Below, piece after piece: positions 33,588 through 42,659 of a stretch of DNA of 64,000 nt. The stretch covers positions 64,001-128,000 of the forward strand of contig CAZPQW010000004.1 in assembly GCA_964588985.1 (NCBI GenBank). Reading direction: 5' to 3'. The translations under genes and the position numbers were made by a program. The notes beneath the pieces were generated by a model that was not told the DNA's origin, did not search any database, and saw only the letters and a list, made by a program, of their open reading frames with translations. How positions within the stretch are numbered: the first letter of the stretch is position 1; every line of letters begins with the position of its first letter. This DNA comes from an uncultured Solirubrobacteraceae bacterium (GTDB lineage: Bacteria > Actinomycetota > Thermoleophilia > Solirubrobacterales > Solirubrobacteraceae).

Positions 33588-34799
33588 CTACTGGGTGTTT
33601 TCGGAGACGAGCTGCTTGAGCGCCGCGGAGGTGCCCTGCACATCTTTGTAGACGACGTTGCGCAGCACCACCCTGGTGGACGACGGAGCTGTGAGGACGA
33701 CGACGGCGACGATCACGAGCACGAGCGCGAGCACGGCGAGCAGCGCGATCGCGAGGCGGTTGCGCCCCTGCTGCTTGGTGGTCGAGCGAGCGCCCGCGGC
33801 AGGGATGGGTGCGGGCTGCGAGCGCGGGGGGCCGGGGCGCGGACGGCGCGCACCAGCGGCGGCGGTGGGGGCTGCGGCGGGGGCGGATGCTCGCCGTTTG
33901 GCGGTGGGGAGCACCGTGGTGGCATGCGTTGGCGGCGCGACGCGCGCGGCGGCGCGCTGCTGGCGCTCAGGCGCGATGCCATTGGCTCCGTTGTGTAGCC
34001 CGCGGCGCATGTCGCGCGCGGTCGGGTAGCGGTCGCGGGGGTCGAGCGCGAGCGCGACCGCTACGGCGTCGGCGAGCTCGGTGCTGACGGCGGCGACGAG
34101 CGTGTCGAGCGTGGGCGGCTCCTCCTGCTGCTGCTTGAGCGCGAGCTCGGTGAGCGAGGTTGCCTCGTAGGGCAGGCGCCCGGAGATCAGCTGGTAGGTG
34201 ACGACGCCGAGCGCATACAGGTCCGCCGGTGGGCCGGCCTCCTCGCCGCGGGCCTGCTCGGGGGCGAGGTAGGCGGCGGTGCCGAGCACGGATCCGACCT
34301 GGGTGATGGAGGACTGCTCGGTGGCCTTGGCGATACCGAAGTCTGCGAGCTTGACCTCGCCTTCGCGTGCGCGCAGCAGGTTCCCGGGCTTGACGTCGCG
34401 GTGCACGACGCCATGTCGGTGGGCGTAGTCGAGCCCCTCGCACGCCTGTTCGATGATCTTCAGCGCGTCGTCGACCTCCATCCAGCCGTCGTCGCGGAGG
34501 ATTTCCGCGCACGAGGAGCCCTCGATGTATTCCATGACGATGAAGTACTGCCCGGTGCGCTCGTCGCGTCCGGAGTCGAACACCTGCACGATGTTGGGGT
34601 GCACGAGCCGCGCGGCGGCCTGCGCCTCGCGCTGGAAGCGCGATACGAACGCGGGATCGTCGGCGAGGTGCTCGGCGAGCAGCTTGACGGCCACCTGGCG
34701 TTCCAGGCGCAGGTCGAGCGCGAGATGGACTGTGGACATGCCGCCGAAGCCGAGGCGGCTCTCGAGGCGGTAGCGCCCGGCGATCTCCACGGGGCTCAT
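33588..34799 (-). CDS. Hanks-type Ser/Thr protein kinase with C-terminal TM helix, no PASTA repeats
   Basis: LGFGGMSTV, VAVK, HRDVKPGN, DFGIA, YLAPE; TM near C-terminus. Confidence 0.93.
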   Translation of the reverse strand: MSPVEIAGRYRLESRLGFGGMSTVHLALDLRLERQVAVKLLAEHLADDPAFVSRFQREAQAAARLVHPNIVQVFDSGRDERTGQYFIVMEYIEGSSCAEILRDDGWMEVDDALKIIEQACEGLDYAHRHGVVHRDVKPGNLLRAREGEVKLADFGIAKATEQSSITQVGSVLGTAAYLAPEQARGEEAGPPADLYALGVVTYQLISGRLPYEATSLTELALKQQQEEPPTLDTLVAAVSTELADAVAVALALDPRDRYPTARDMRRGLHNGANGIAPERQQRAAARVAPPTHATTVLPTAKRRASAPAAAPTAAAGARRPRPGPPRSQPAPIPAAGARSTTKQQGRNRLAIALLAVLALVLVIVAVVVLTAPSSTRVVLRNVVYKDVQGTSAALKQLVSENTQ

Positions 34800-35380
34800 T
34801 TTCCGGCGCCTTCCTGCCCTTCGCCAGGTCCAGAGCCACCGGCCCGCCCGGTGCCCGGGTTTTCACCGTTGCCCTGTTCGTTGCTCGCGCCTCCACCTGG
34901 GGTTTCGCCGGGCGCCGGCGTGCCGCCGCCGGGGCTGGGGGTGGTTGGCGTGGTGGAGGTCGTGGTCGGCGTGGTGGGAGTGGTGGTTGTGGTGGTTGGG
35001 GTCGTGGGGGTTGTGGCGGTGGTGGTGGGCTTGGGTGTTTCGGTGGTGGCGGTGGTCTGCGGCAGCGGCTGCGCGCACAGCGCGAGCGCCTTGGCGCGCA
35101 GGTTGGCGACGCCCTGGTGGAGGTTGTTGCGCAGGCCGGCGTCGACGGTGGTGGGCAGGGCGGCGAGGTCTTCGCTGGTCTTGAGCAGCGCGGCTTCGGT
35201 GGTGGCGCAATTGCCGTCTCCGTTTTCGGCGGCCTGCTGGACGGTTTCGAAGTCGCTCTGCAGCGGGCCGGCGTCGCTCGCGGGGATCAGGCCCTTGGTC
35301 GAGCTGCCGCACGCGATGAGCGTGGCGGCGGCGAGGCCGAGCAGGGCGGCGAGGAGCGGGCGCGTCGGCGACATGGTCAT
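34796..35380 (-). CDS. Lipoprotein with Thr/Pro-rich linker
   Basis: MTMSPTRPLLAALLGLAAATLIAC lipobox; TTP repeats; overlaps both neighbours. Confidence 0.75.
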   Translation of the reverse strand: MTMSPTRPLLAALLGLAAATLIACGSSTKGLIPASDAGPLQSDFETVQQAAENGDGNCATTEAALLKTSEDLAALPTTVDAGLRNNLHQGVANLRAKALALCAQPLPQTTATTETPKPTTTATTPTTPTTTTTTPTTPTTTSTTPTTPSPGGGTPAPGETPGGGASNEQGNGENPGTGRAGGSGPGEGQEGAGK

Positions 35381-36108
35381 TGACCGTACTCCAGGCGCTC
35401 GGCGAGCGAGTCCGGGAGGCGGGCTGCGCGGATCGCGCTCGCGGCGCCGGCGATGTCGTACTCGGCGCGATGGTAGGTGGCGGACATGAGGTCGAGATCG
35501 AGCAGCAGCCAGGCGGCGCGCGGGTCGCCGTCGCGGGGCTGCCCGACGCTGCCAGGGTTGAGCAGCCATTCGCCGTCGTGCACGTCGAGCCGAGCGCCGT
35601 CCCTGCGCGGCTCGCCGGTGGCGAGCTCGCCCTCGTGGCGGACGAAGGAGAGCGCGACGTGAGAGTGGCCGATGAGGCAGATGCGCTGCTGCTGGGCGTC
35701 GAGGCAGAGCTCGGCGAGCAGCGCGGAGAGGACGTACTCCCAGACGGGGTCGCGGGGGCTGGCGTGGTAGAGGCCGATCGAGGCCTCCTCGCCGCGGGGT
35801 TGCAGCGTGCGCAGGAACTCGAGGTTCTCGGGAGCGATCACCTCGCGAGTCCACTGCGCGGCGACGTTCGCGCCGCGGGAGAACTCGCCGAGGGAGATCT
35901 CGCCGGTGACGGCCATGTCGTGGTTGCCGGCGAGGCACACCGCGACGTGCTCGCGCGCGAGCTCAACGCACGCGTCGGGCTCGGCGCCGTAGCCGACGAG
36001 GTCGCCGAGGCACCACAGCTCGGATGCGTCGCTGGCTGCGACCGCGTCGAGCGTGGCCTCGAAGGCGTGCCGGTTGGCGTGGATGTCGGAGATGACCGCG
36101 ACCTTCAT
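35377..36108 (-). CDS. Metallophosphoesterase (calcineurin-like)
   Basis: ISDIHAN, LGDLVGYG, GNHD, GHSH, NPGSVGQPRD; TACCCT 6 nt before ATG. Confidence 0.9.
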   Translation of the reverse strand: MKVAVISDIHANRHAFEATLDAVAASDASELWCLGDLVGYGAEPDACVELAREHVAVCLAGNHDMAVTGEISLGEFSRGANVAAQWTREVIAPENLEFLRTLQPRGEEASIGLYHASPRDPVWEYVLSALLAELCLDAQQQRICLIGHSHVALSFVRHEGELATGEPRRDGARLDVHDGEWLLNPGSVGQPRDGDPRAAWLLLDLDLMSATYHRAEYDIAGAASAIRAARLPDSLAERLEYGQ

Positions 36109-36165
36109 GTGTGCAGGGTAGGAACACCGCTCTTCTGCGAGCGTTCCACGGCTCATCCCCCTGCA

Positions 36166-36193
36166 AGCGAACGGTCAGCCCGAACCGTTCGCT
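36166..36193. terminator. Hairpin, probable terminator of the 36223-36540 gene
   Basis: AGCGAACGGT/ACCGTTCGCT 10-bp stem. Confidence 0.5.
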
Positions 36194-36222
36194 CATGCGC
36201 CGCGTGAGCGCCGCGCGCGGAC

Positions 36223-36540
36223 CTATTCGGAGTCCGCGCCCGCCTCGGTGCCGCCGTACTCGGGCAGGTTCTTGATGCCCTCGCGCGTGAGCCACTTGGA
36301 GTAGTTGTCCTCCATCGCGTCGATCAGCTCGCGCATGAAACGCGGGGAGAGGTTCACGCGGGAGACGACCACGCCCGGAACCTCGTCCGACTCGACCTCG
36401 TGGTCGACGCGCGCGAAGGTGACGGTGAACTCGTAGTCGGAGTGGCTGACGTTGGCGAAGTTCGCGTATACGCCCCCCATGATCTCGGGGGAGAGATGGA
36501 TGTTTATGTGGCGCTCGGCGCCTGAGTCTTGGTCGTTCAC
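36223..36540 (-). CDS. DUF3467-like protein
   Basis: GGVYANFANVSHSDYEFTVTFARVD...VVSRVNLSP. Confidence 0.75.
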   Translation of the reverse strand: MNDQDSGAERHINIHLSPEIMGGVYANFANVSHSDYEFTVTFARVDHEVESDEVPGVVVSRVNLSPRFMRELIDAMEDNYSKWLTREGIKNLPEYGGTEAGADSE

Positions 36541-36573
36541 GTAGCTAGTATCGCAATCGCCGCGCACGGACCC

Positions 36574-38310
36574 ATGACCGACCTTTCCACAGACCATGAG
36601 CAGGCCGCCACGCGGCAGCCGACAAACCGGCTGCTGACGCCGTTGGACGCTCTGCGCGCGGCGGTGCTCGACGCCGCGGCCTCGCTGACGGCCTCCGACG
36701 TTGCCCCAGGCGCCGACGGCGGCGAGGAAGCTTCAGGCAAGGGCACACGCGGCGGGATCACCCTGGAACGTCCACGGCAGGCGAAGTTCGGCGACTACTC
36801 GACCAATGCCGCGCTGCTGCTCGCTCCCGGCCTGGGGGCGCCTCCGCGCGATGTGGCGCAGCGGCTGGGGGAGGCGCTGGGCGAACGTCTGGGCGCGAGC
36901 CTCGAGCGCTTCGAGGTGGCGGGCCCCGGGTTTGTGAATCTGTTCCTGGCGGACTCGTGGCTGACGGGTGCGCTCGCAAGCGCGCTGGAGGCGGGCGAGG
37001 CATACGGCGCGGGCGGCGCGGCGCGGCCGGAGCGCGTGCTGGTGGAATTCGTGTCGGCTAACCCGACGGGGCCGATGCACGTGGGCCATGCGCGCAACGC
37101 GGCGTATGGCGATGCGCTGGCGCGGATGCTGGCGTTCCACGGCCACAGCGTGGAGCGCGAGTTCTACGTCAACGACGCGGGCTCGCAGGTGCGCAAGCTG
37201 GCGGAGTCGATCCAGGCGCTCGCGCGCGGGGAACGCCCGGCGGAGGACGGCTACCAGGGCGAGTACGTGGGCGAGCTGGCGACACAGCTGACCGATGCGG
37301 CGAGCATGGACGTGGACGAGCTGGGTCGCGTGGCGGTGGCTGTGATGGTGGGGGAGCTGAAGCGCTCGCTGGGCGCGTTCGGCGTGGAGGACTTCCACAC
37401 TTGGACGTTCGAGAGCTCGCTGCACGAGGGCGAGCGCAGCGCGATCGCGCACACGCTGTCGCTGCTGGAGGAGCAGGGGCACACATACGAGAGCGACGGC
37501 GCGCTGTGGCTGCGCACGACGGACTTCGGCGACGACAAGGACCGGGTGCTGGTGCGCTCGAGCGGCGAGTACACGTACTTCGCGCCGGACATCGCCTACC
37601 ACCAGGGCAAGCGGGAGCGCGGCTTCGAGCGCCAGATCGACGTGTGGGGCGCGGACCACCACGGCTATGTGATGCGGATGAAGGCGGCGTACGCGGCGCT
37701 GGGCGGGAACCCGGACGAGCTGGAGTTGCTGATCATGCAGCTGGTGCATCTGGTGCGCTCGGGCGAGCGCGCGCAGATGTCCAAGCGCTCGGGCGAGTTC
37801 GTGACGCTCGACGACCTGGTGGCGGAGATCGGCGTGGACGCGGCGCGCTGGTTCCTGCTGGCGCGCTCGCACGACACCACCGTGGATCTGGACCTGGACC
37901 TGGCGCGCCAGCAGTCGAGCGAGAACCCCGTTTACTACGTGCAGTACGCGCACGCGCGGATCGCGTCGATGCTGGCGAAGGCGGGCGCGGAGCGGGTGGC
38001 GGAGGCGGTGGCGGGCGTGATCGACCCCGAGCGCGAGGGGTTGCACCCGACCGAGCGCCACCTGATCGAGCAGCTACTGGCGTTCCCGGCGGAGCTGGCT
38101 GAGGCGGTCGAGCGGCGCGCGCCGCACCGCGTGGCGGCGTACGCGCTGGAGCTGGCGCAGGGCTTCACGGCTTTCTACCGCGACTGCCACGTGGTGGGCG
38201 CGGAGCCGCGCAGCGTGGAGTCGCTGCGGATCGCGCTGTGCGTGGTGAGCGCGAGCACGATCGCGCGCTGCCTGGCGCTGCTCGGGGTGAGCGCGCCGGA
38301 GCACATGTAG
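36574..38310 (+). CDS. argS: Arginine--tRNA ligase
   Basis: FGDYSTN, GPGFVN, EFVSANPTGPMHVGHAR, GADHHGY, MSKRSG, YVQYAHAR. Confidence 0.97.
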   Translation: MTDLSTDHEQAATRQPTNRLLTPLDALRAAVLDAAASLTASDVAPGADGGEEASGKGTRGGITLERPRQAKFGDYSTNAALLLAPGLGAPPRDVAQRLGEALGERLGASLERFEVAGPGFVNLFLADSWLTGALASALEAGEAYGAGGAARPERVLVEFVSANPTGPMHVGHARNAAYGDALARMLAFHGHSVEREFYVNDAGSQVRKLAESIQALARGERPAEDGYQGEYVGELATQLTDAASMDVDELGRVAVAVMVGELKRSLGAFGVEDFHTWTFESSLHEGERSAIAHTLSLLEEQGHTYESDGALWLRTTDFGDDKDRVLVRSSGEYTYFAPDIAYHQGKRERGFERQIDVWGADHHGYVMRMKAAYAALGGNPDELELLIMQLVHLVRSGERAQMSKRSGEFVTLDDLVAEIGVDAARWFLLARSHDTTVDLDLDLARQQSSENPVYYVQYAHARIASMLAKAGAERVAEAVAGVIDPEREGLHPTERHLIEQLLAFPAELAEAVERRAPHRVAAYALELAQGFTAFYRDCHVVGAEPRSVESLRIALCVVSASTIARCLALLGVSAPEHM

Positions 38311-38324
38311 TCAAGTCGGGGCGG

Positions 38325-38807
38325 TCAGTCGAAGCGGGCGATGTCCGACTCGAGCCGCGCGGCGTCGGCGTCGCTGAGCGCGACGACGGGCGTTTTGCGC
38401 GTGACGGCGGCGCGTGCTTGGCGACGCCAGCTGGGCAGCAGCACGAGCAGCGTGGCGATGAGCGCGACCACGACTACTACTGGAACGAGATAAGCGGCGA
38501 GGTCGAAGCCGTGCGCGCGCGGCAGCCCGAGCACCGCGGGGCCGTACTGCTCGACGAGCGAGCTCTTGATCTGGCTTTCGCTCTGGCCCTGGTCGATCAG
38601 TTCCTGGATGTAGGCGCGCTCTTCGTTGGCCTGCGGAGACTCGGCGACGTTGAGCGGGATTTTGCACGTGACGCACATCACCTGGCGCTCGATCACGGGC
38701 AGGGTGGGGCGGGAGGCGGCTGCCGACGCGGTGACGGGCGCCGCGAACGCCCCAACGCCGAGCAGCACGACGAGTACGCGGGCGATGGTGCGGGTGGGGC
38801 GCGTCAT
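38325..38807 (-). CDS. ccmH: Cytochrome c biogenesis protein CcmH/NrfF-like
   Basis: Signal peptide, VMCVTC, LVEQYG, TM helix; start revised to 38807. Confidence 0.8.
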   Translation of the reverse strand: MTRPTRTIARVLVVLLGVGAFAAPVTASAAASRPTLPVIERQVMCVTCKIPLNVAESPQANEERAYIQELIDQGQSESQIKSSLVEQYGPAVLGLPRAHGFDLAAYLVPVVVVVALIATLLVLLPSWRRQARAAVTRKTPVVALSDADAARLESDIARFD

Positions 38808-39358
38808 GTGCTCTTGGCGAGCGCGAGGGCGCGGTTGACGAAGCTCTGTTCGATCTCTCCCCTGGAGATCGCGACGATGCGGCCCTGGCGGTCGACGATA
38901 AAGCTCTCGGGTAGCTGGTCGGTGCCGTAGGCGTGGGCGAAGCTGCCGATGTTGTCGCGCAGGTTGGTGTAGCTGAGGTGGTACCGGTTGACGAACCGCT
39001 GCGAGTCGGGCGACGCGTCGAGGTAGGTGACGCCGAGCACGGTGGCGTTGTGGCGTTCGAGCATCCCCTGGGCGCGCTCGAGCAGCGGCGCCTCGGTCTG
39101 GCACGGCACGCACCACGAGGCCCAGAAGTTGAGCACAACGACCTTGCCCTTCAGCGAGGCGAGCGAGCCGTGGGTGCTGTTGCCGAGCACGGGCAGCATG
39201 CGCGTGGCCTCGGGCGCGGCGGGCCACTGCTTACGGGCGACGAGGTCGTCGAGCGTGCGGCTCGTGGCCTGGTGGGACACGCCGTAGACGAGCAGCGCGA
39301 TCAGGCATGCGCCGGCCAGCGAGGCGAGGATCGGCAGGGCACGGCGAGTCACGGCCAC
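38804..39358 (-). CDS. TlpA/ResA-like thiol-disulfide oxidoreductase
   Basis: GKVVVLNFWASWCVPC, LPESFIVDRQG; N-terminal anchor. Confidence 0.9.
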   Translation of the reverse strand: MAVTRRALPILASLAGACLIALLVYGVSHQATSRTLDDLVARKQWPAAPEATRMLPVLGNSTHGSLASLKGKVVVLNFWASWCVPCQTEAPLLERAQGMLERHNATVLGVTYLDASPDSQRFVNRYHLSYTNLRDNIGSFAHAYGTDQLPESFIVDRQGRIVAISRGEIEQSFVNRALALAKST

Positions 39359-39395
39359 GAAGATTAGTCGTCCACGGCGTAAACTCTGGTGCCAC

Positions 39396-39468
39396 GCGGT
39401 GGTAGCTCAGTTGGTAGAGCGCAAGCTTCCCAAGCTTGAGGTCGCGGGTTCGACCCCCGTCCGCCGCT
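39396..39468 (+). tRNA. tRNA-Gly (CCC)
   Basis: Cloverleaf GCGGTGG/CCGCCGC, D arm GCTC/GAGC, anticodon arm CAAGC-TTCCCAA-GCTTG, T arm GCGGG-TTCGACC-CCCGT; CCA not encoded; TAAACT -10 upstream. Confidence 0.97.
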
Positions 39469-39532
39469 TACAGGCCCAGAGCGAGATTTGGCTCTGGAGT
39501 GCGGGATCGCGGCTAGATGTGCTCGGATTGCC

Positions 39533-39597
39533 TGCGGACATACGCGGACGATAACGGGCAAACCGGACACGGATCTGCGGTACCGGTGCGGTACCGG
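39533..39597. repeat. Short phased direct repeats downstream of tRNA (att-arm-like)
   Basis: CGGAC/CGGGC units about 10 bp apart, then perfect tandem TGCGGTACCGG x2 (39576-39597). Confidence 0.5.
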
Positions 39598-39768
39598 ATC
39601 AGCGCCACGCCGGGCTCGTGCACGGCTCTCGGATGCGCGAAGAGCGTCTGCCCCAGCCCAACCCGTCGAGCGGCTCGTTATGGTCCGTCCCGCACTTCTT
39701 TCATCGTCTGCTCGGCTTTGATTGCCCGTGACTCGTCGGCGAGCAGGAGGCCAAGCTGGGCTCGGTCA

Positions 39769-39800
39769 GCGAGCGCGCATCCGGATCGATGCGCGCTCGC
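39769..39800 (-). terminator. Strong hairpin terminator
   Basis: GCGAGCGCGCATC-CGGATC-GATGCGCGCTCGC, 13-bp perfect stem 12 nt after stop of 39813-40562. Confidence 0.7.
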
Positions 39801-39812
39801 CAATGATATTGC

Positions 39813-40562
39813 TCAAACGACCGCGTTGACCTCTATGGCTTCTTCGTTGGTAACGCTCTCGGAGCCGGTGATCCCGGCTTGTTCGGGTGCTCCTCCGTTG
39901 ATGATGATTTCGATGATGTCGGGGAGGCCGCCTTCGAAGCGTTCTGGTTTCTGGACGCCGACGTTCGCGCTCCATTTGATCGTGGATGCTGTCTGCATCG
40001 TGTCCGCCGTGACTCTCGCCATGATCGAGCCGGACGCTTCCACGTGGATAGACCCGCCGCAGTTGAGCGTGGCGAACAGTCCAGTGTGGCCTTCTGGGAA
40101 GATGTCTATCGCGACGGCTTTGGTTTCTTTCTTTTCCCAGCCTATTTCTGCTTCCAGGGTGTTGCTGACGAGTTCGCCTTCTTTGGCGCCGACTGTATTG
40201 CAGTGAAGGCCTGCGCTTTCACAGCCGGTGAAGGTGACGGTTAGGTCGGCCTCGCGTTTTGGTGATGTAATGATGCCGCCGCCGCGGGCGGTTTTGCATG
40301 TCACTCCAGTTCCGTTGACGGTGGAAATCGTGATGACGCCTCCAACGCCTGTGAAGCCGCCTTTTTCGACTCCTGGGTGCCATTCGTAGGCACCGCCTTC
40401 TTTTTCTGTGACGCAGCTGCCTGAAGTAAAGTGCCCTTTGCCGCTGCCGACTTTCACGCATCGTCCGAATTCGGGCGCTGCGGCGGATGCCTGGATGGCC
40501 GTCGCGGCACCCATGACACTTATTCCAACTACACAAAACATCATAATCCTTACAACCCTCAT
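39813..40562 (-). CDS. Secreted beta-rich hypothetical protein
   Basis: CAGGAGG RBS, signal peptide ending ASA, mature AAPEFGRCVK..., several Cys; lower GC than flanks. Confidence 0.75.
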   Translation of the reverse strand: MRVVRIMMFCVVGISVMGAATAIQASAAAPEFGRCVKVGSGKGHFTSGSCVTEKEGGAYEWHPGVEKGGFTGVGGVITISTVNGTGVTCKTARGGGIITSPKREADLTVTFTGCESAGLHCNTVGAKEGELVSNTLEAEIGWEKKETKAVAIDIFPEGHTGLFATLNCGGSIHVEASGSIMARVTADTMQTASTIKWSANVGVQKPERFEGGLPDIIEIIINGGAPEQAGITGSESVTNEEAIEVNAVV

Positions 40563-40588
40563 GCTCGCCTCCTGAAATCGCACGATAA

Positions 40589-40813
40589 ACGCAAATTTGC
40601 AGTGGCTACTGTAACGGCCGCTCGAGAATCGTTGCCGACCACGGTGACTATTCAAAGCCGCTGGAGGTGAGCTGGCTCTGTCAGGAATGCCATTTCGATG
40701 CGCATCTAGAGCATGGAGAGGTCGTCACGGTTCGGCGGCCTGACGGGAGGCTCGTCTTGAGGGTCGAGCCGGGGGCGTACAGGCGACGAGAGAGGGGCGG
40801 GTGGAAGCCGTAG
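40589..40813 (+). pseudogene. 5'-truncated phage-type HNH endonuclease fragment (not in ORF track)
   Basis: Frame reads QICSGYCNGRSRIVADHGDYSKPLEVSWLCQECHFDAH...GWKP*; in-frame TAA at 40586 and no start codon before the motif. Confidence 0.6.
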
Positions 40814-40984
40814 CATGAGGTGCTCGTAATCGGTTGCCTGTGGCCTCGATACCCATCGTGTGTTTCTACCGAAACTGGCCTCTCAAAGCACCTGCGCTCC
40901 CGCTGCGTGCGGTCAGTCGGAAGAAGAGGGTCCCCGGTTCTGGAGGCCTTCGCACAGGAAGCCCCCCGCAGCACCTTGCTGTGC

Positions 40985-41013
40985 TTGTCGAGCCTTTGTC
41001 TAAGGTTTAGGCT
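40985..41013 (+). promoter_or_regulatory. Sigma70-type promoter overlapped by two 11-bp CarH-type direct repeats
   Basis: TTGTCG-N17-TAGGCT; repeats TTGTCGAGCCT and TTGTCTAAGGT fit nTGTnnAnnnn. Confidence 0.65.
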
Positions 41014-41046
41014 TGTGGAATCATGCCGGGTGTTCGATCAGCGTGG

Positions 41047-41904
41047 ATGCGTATTGGGGACCTGAGTAGTCGGACGGGTATCACCGCCTACCAGCTGCGG
41101 GCGTGGGAACGTCGGTATGGGTTGTTGCATCCGCGGCGTTCTGCGGGCAACTACAGGCTGTATTCGTCTGCGGATGAGTCGCGTGTGCGTCTGATGCAGC
41201 GCTATCTGAGCGAAGGGGTCCCGGCGGCTCAGGCTGCGGAGATGACGATCGCGGCGCGCTTCTCCGTGGCTGCCGGGACTGGCCGCAGGGTTCCGTCGGA
41301 CGACGCGATGGTGGCTCGGCAGGCGATCCACAGCGCGCTCGCGCGTTTTGACGAGACCTCGGCGCAGCGGACGCTCGAGCGTCTGTTCGCGACGTTCACG
41401 CCAACGACGGTCGCGCGCGATGTGCTGTTGCCGTACATGCACGAGCTTGGGGAGCGGTGGAGCGCCGGGCAGGTCACGGTGGCGGAGGAGCATTTCGCGA
41501 CCAACTTCTTCCAGGCGCGCCTGTATGCGCTCGCGCGTGGCTGGGATCGCGGTCTCGGCCCCCGTGCGCTGCTGGCGTGTGCACCGAACGAGCAGCACTC
41601 CCTCGCTCTAATGGTTTTCGGGATCGCGCTCCACGAGCTTGGCTGGCGCATCACCTATCTCGGTGCCGACACCCCGATAGAGACCCTCACTGAGGTCGCC
41701 GAGCTCGCTCACCCCGAGCTGACCGTCGTTGCGGCGACCATGCCCCAGCGGCTATCCCGACACGCGAAACAGCTCGGGAGGTTCGCCGACAGCTGGTCGC
41801 TGGCGCTTGGTGGGCCAGGGGTAAGCGCTCGCCTCGCTAAGCAAGCCGGCGCGAGGCATCTCAAGGAAGACCCCATCACGGCCGCGAACACCGTCAGCCT
41901 CTAG
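41047..41904 (+). CDS. carH: MerR-family B12-binding photoreceptor/regulator (CarH/LitR type)
   Basis: MerR HTH (LRAWERRYGLLHPRRSAGNYRLY), W-x9-EH (WSAGQVTVAEEH), B12 motif NEQHSLAL, YLGADTP. Confidence 0.85.
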   Translation: MRIGDLSSRTGITAYQLRAWERRYGLLHPRRSAGNYRLYSSADESRVRLMQRYLSEGVPAAQAAEMTIAARFSVAAGTGRRVPSDDAMVARQAIHSALARFDETSAQRTLERLFATFTPTTVARDVLLPYMHELGERWSAGQVTVAEEHFATNFFQARLYALARGWDRGLGPRALLACAPNEQHSLALMVFGIALHELGWRITYLGADTPIETLTEVAELAHPELTVVAATMPQRLSRHAKQLGRFADSWSLALGGPGVSARLAKQAGARHLKEDPITAANTVSL

Positions 41905-41933
41905 CAGCGCTCCGATACTCCAGCGTATAAGTC

Positions 41934-41954
41934 CGCAACCTTAGACACAGGTTG
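41934..41954. promoter_or_regulatory. Operator upstream of XRE pair
   Basis: GCAACCT-TAGACAC-AGGTTGC dyad containing AACCTTAGACA, the exact reverse complement of 40997-41007. Confidence 0.55.
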
Positions 41955-42022
41955 CTCTCTCTGTCTACCCAGGCGCCATCTCCGGGTAGCTTGCTGCCTA
42001 TTCCACCAGTTAGCCATGAACC

Positions 42023-42259
42023 ATGGACACGGTAGATCCGACCGACCAATCCCTTGCCCGCACCCTGCGTCGACTGCGCCACGAACGCGGAAGCACGCAG
42101 GAGGATCTCGCGCACACTGCCGGCCTCACGGTCGGGGCACTTGCCCGGATTGAGCGTGGCCAGGCAAACCCCAGCTGGACAACCGTCAAACGTATCCTCT
42201 GCGCCCTCGAGATCAACCTCGTCGAACTCGCCGGGGAGGTTGAAAATGCGACAGTGTGA
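42023..42259 (+). CDS. XRE-family HTH regulator
   Basis: LRRLRHERGSTQEDLAHTAGLTVGALARIERGQANPSWTT. Confidence 0.85.
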   Translation: MDTVDPTDQSLARTLRRLRHERGSTQEDLAHTAGLTVGALARIERGQANPSWTTVKRILCALEINLVELAGEVENATV

Positions 42260-42533
42260 GCAGCCAGCCCACAAGGTTGTTGCTGCCAGCGGTCTTGCCG
42301 TGGCCCCGCCTTGCAAGGCCGCCGTCCACGAAGCCATCGGCCAAGCTATCCAGCGCATCCGCCGAGAGCGAGGCCATTCCCAAGAAGCCCTTGCCCTCAA
42401 AGCCGGTATCGCCCCCAGCGAGATGGCCGCGATCGAGCACGGGAAGCTCAACCCGAGCATCGACACGCTCCTCAAGATCACCACCGGGCTCGACATATCC
42501 GCGTACACGCTGCTGCGCCGTGCCGGACTGTAG
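42246..42533 (+). CDS. XRE-family HTH regulator
   Basis: IQRIRRERGHSQEALALKAGIAPSEMAAIEHGKLNPSIDTL; GGAGG upstream; overlaps previous gene. Confidence 0.8.
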   Translation: MRQCEQPAHKVVAASGLAVAPPCKAAVHEAIGQAIQRIRRERGHSQEALALKAGIAPSEMAAIEHGKLNPSIDTLLKITTGLDISAYTLLRRAGL

Positions 42534-42659
42534 GGAACCGGGATCGAGCGTGCTTTGGCGCCCGGGCTCAGCTCTAGACTCGCCACCGAGTTGGCTGGCG
42601 CGACGCGTTTGGCAGAGTCCAGCAGCGCCTTGTGGGGCGCGACAGATCGGAGGTTTGCG

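Noticed and set aside
36181-36191. CGAACCGTTCG as a second LexA box
   Set aside because: Spacer is 1 nt rather than 4; it is one arm of a hairpin.
40920-40980. c-di-AMP riboswitch (GAACCGGGGACCC on minus strand) or cobalamin riboswitch upstream of carH
   Set aside because: Only a short motif matches; the other conserved elements and stems could not be found.
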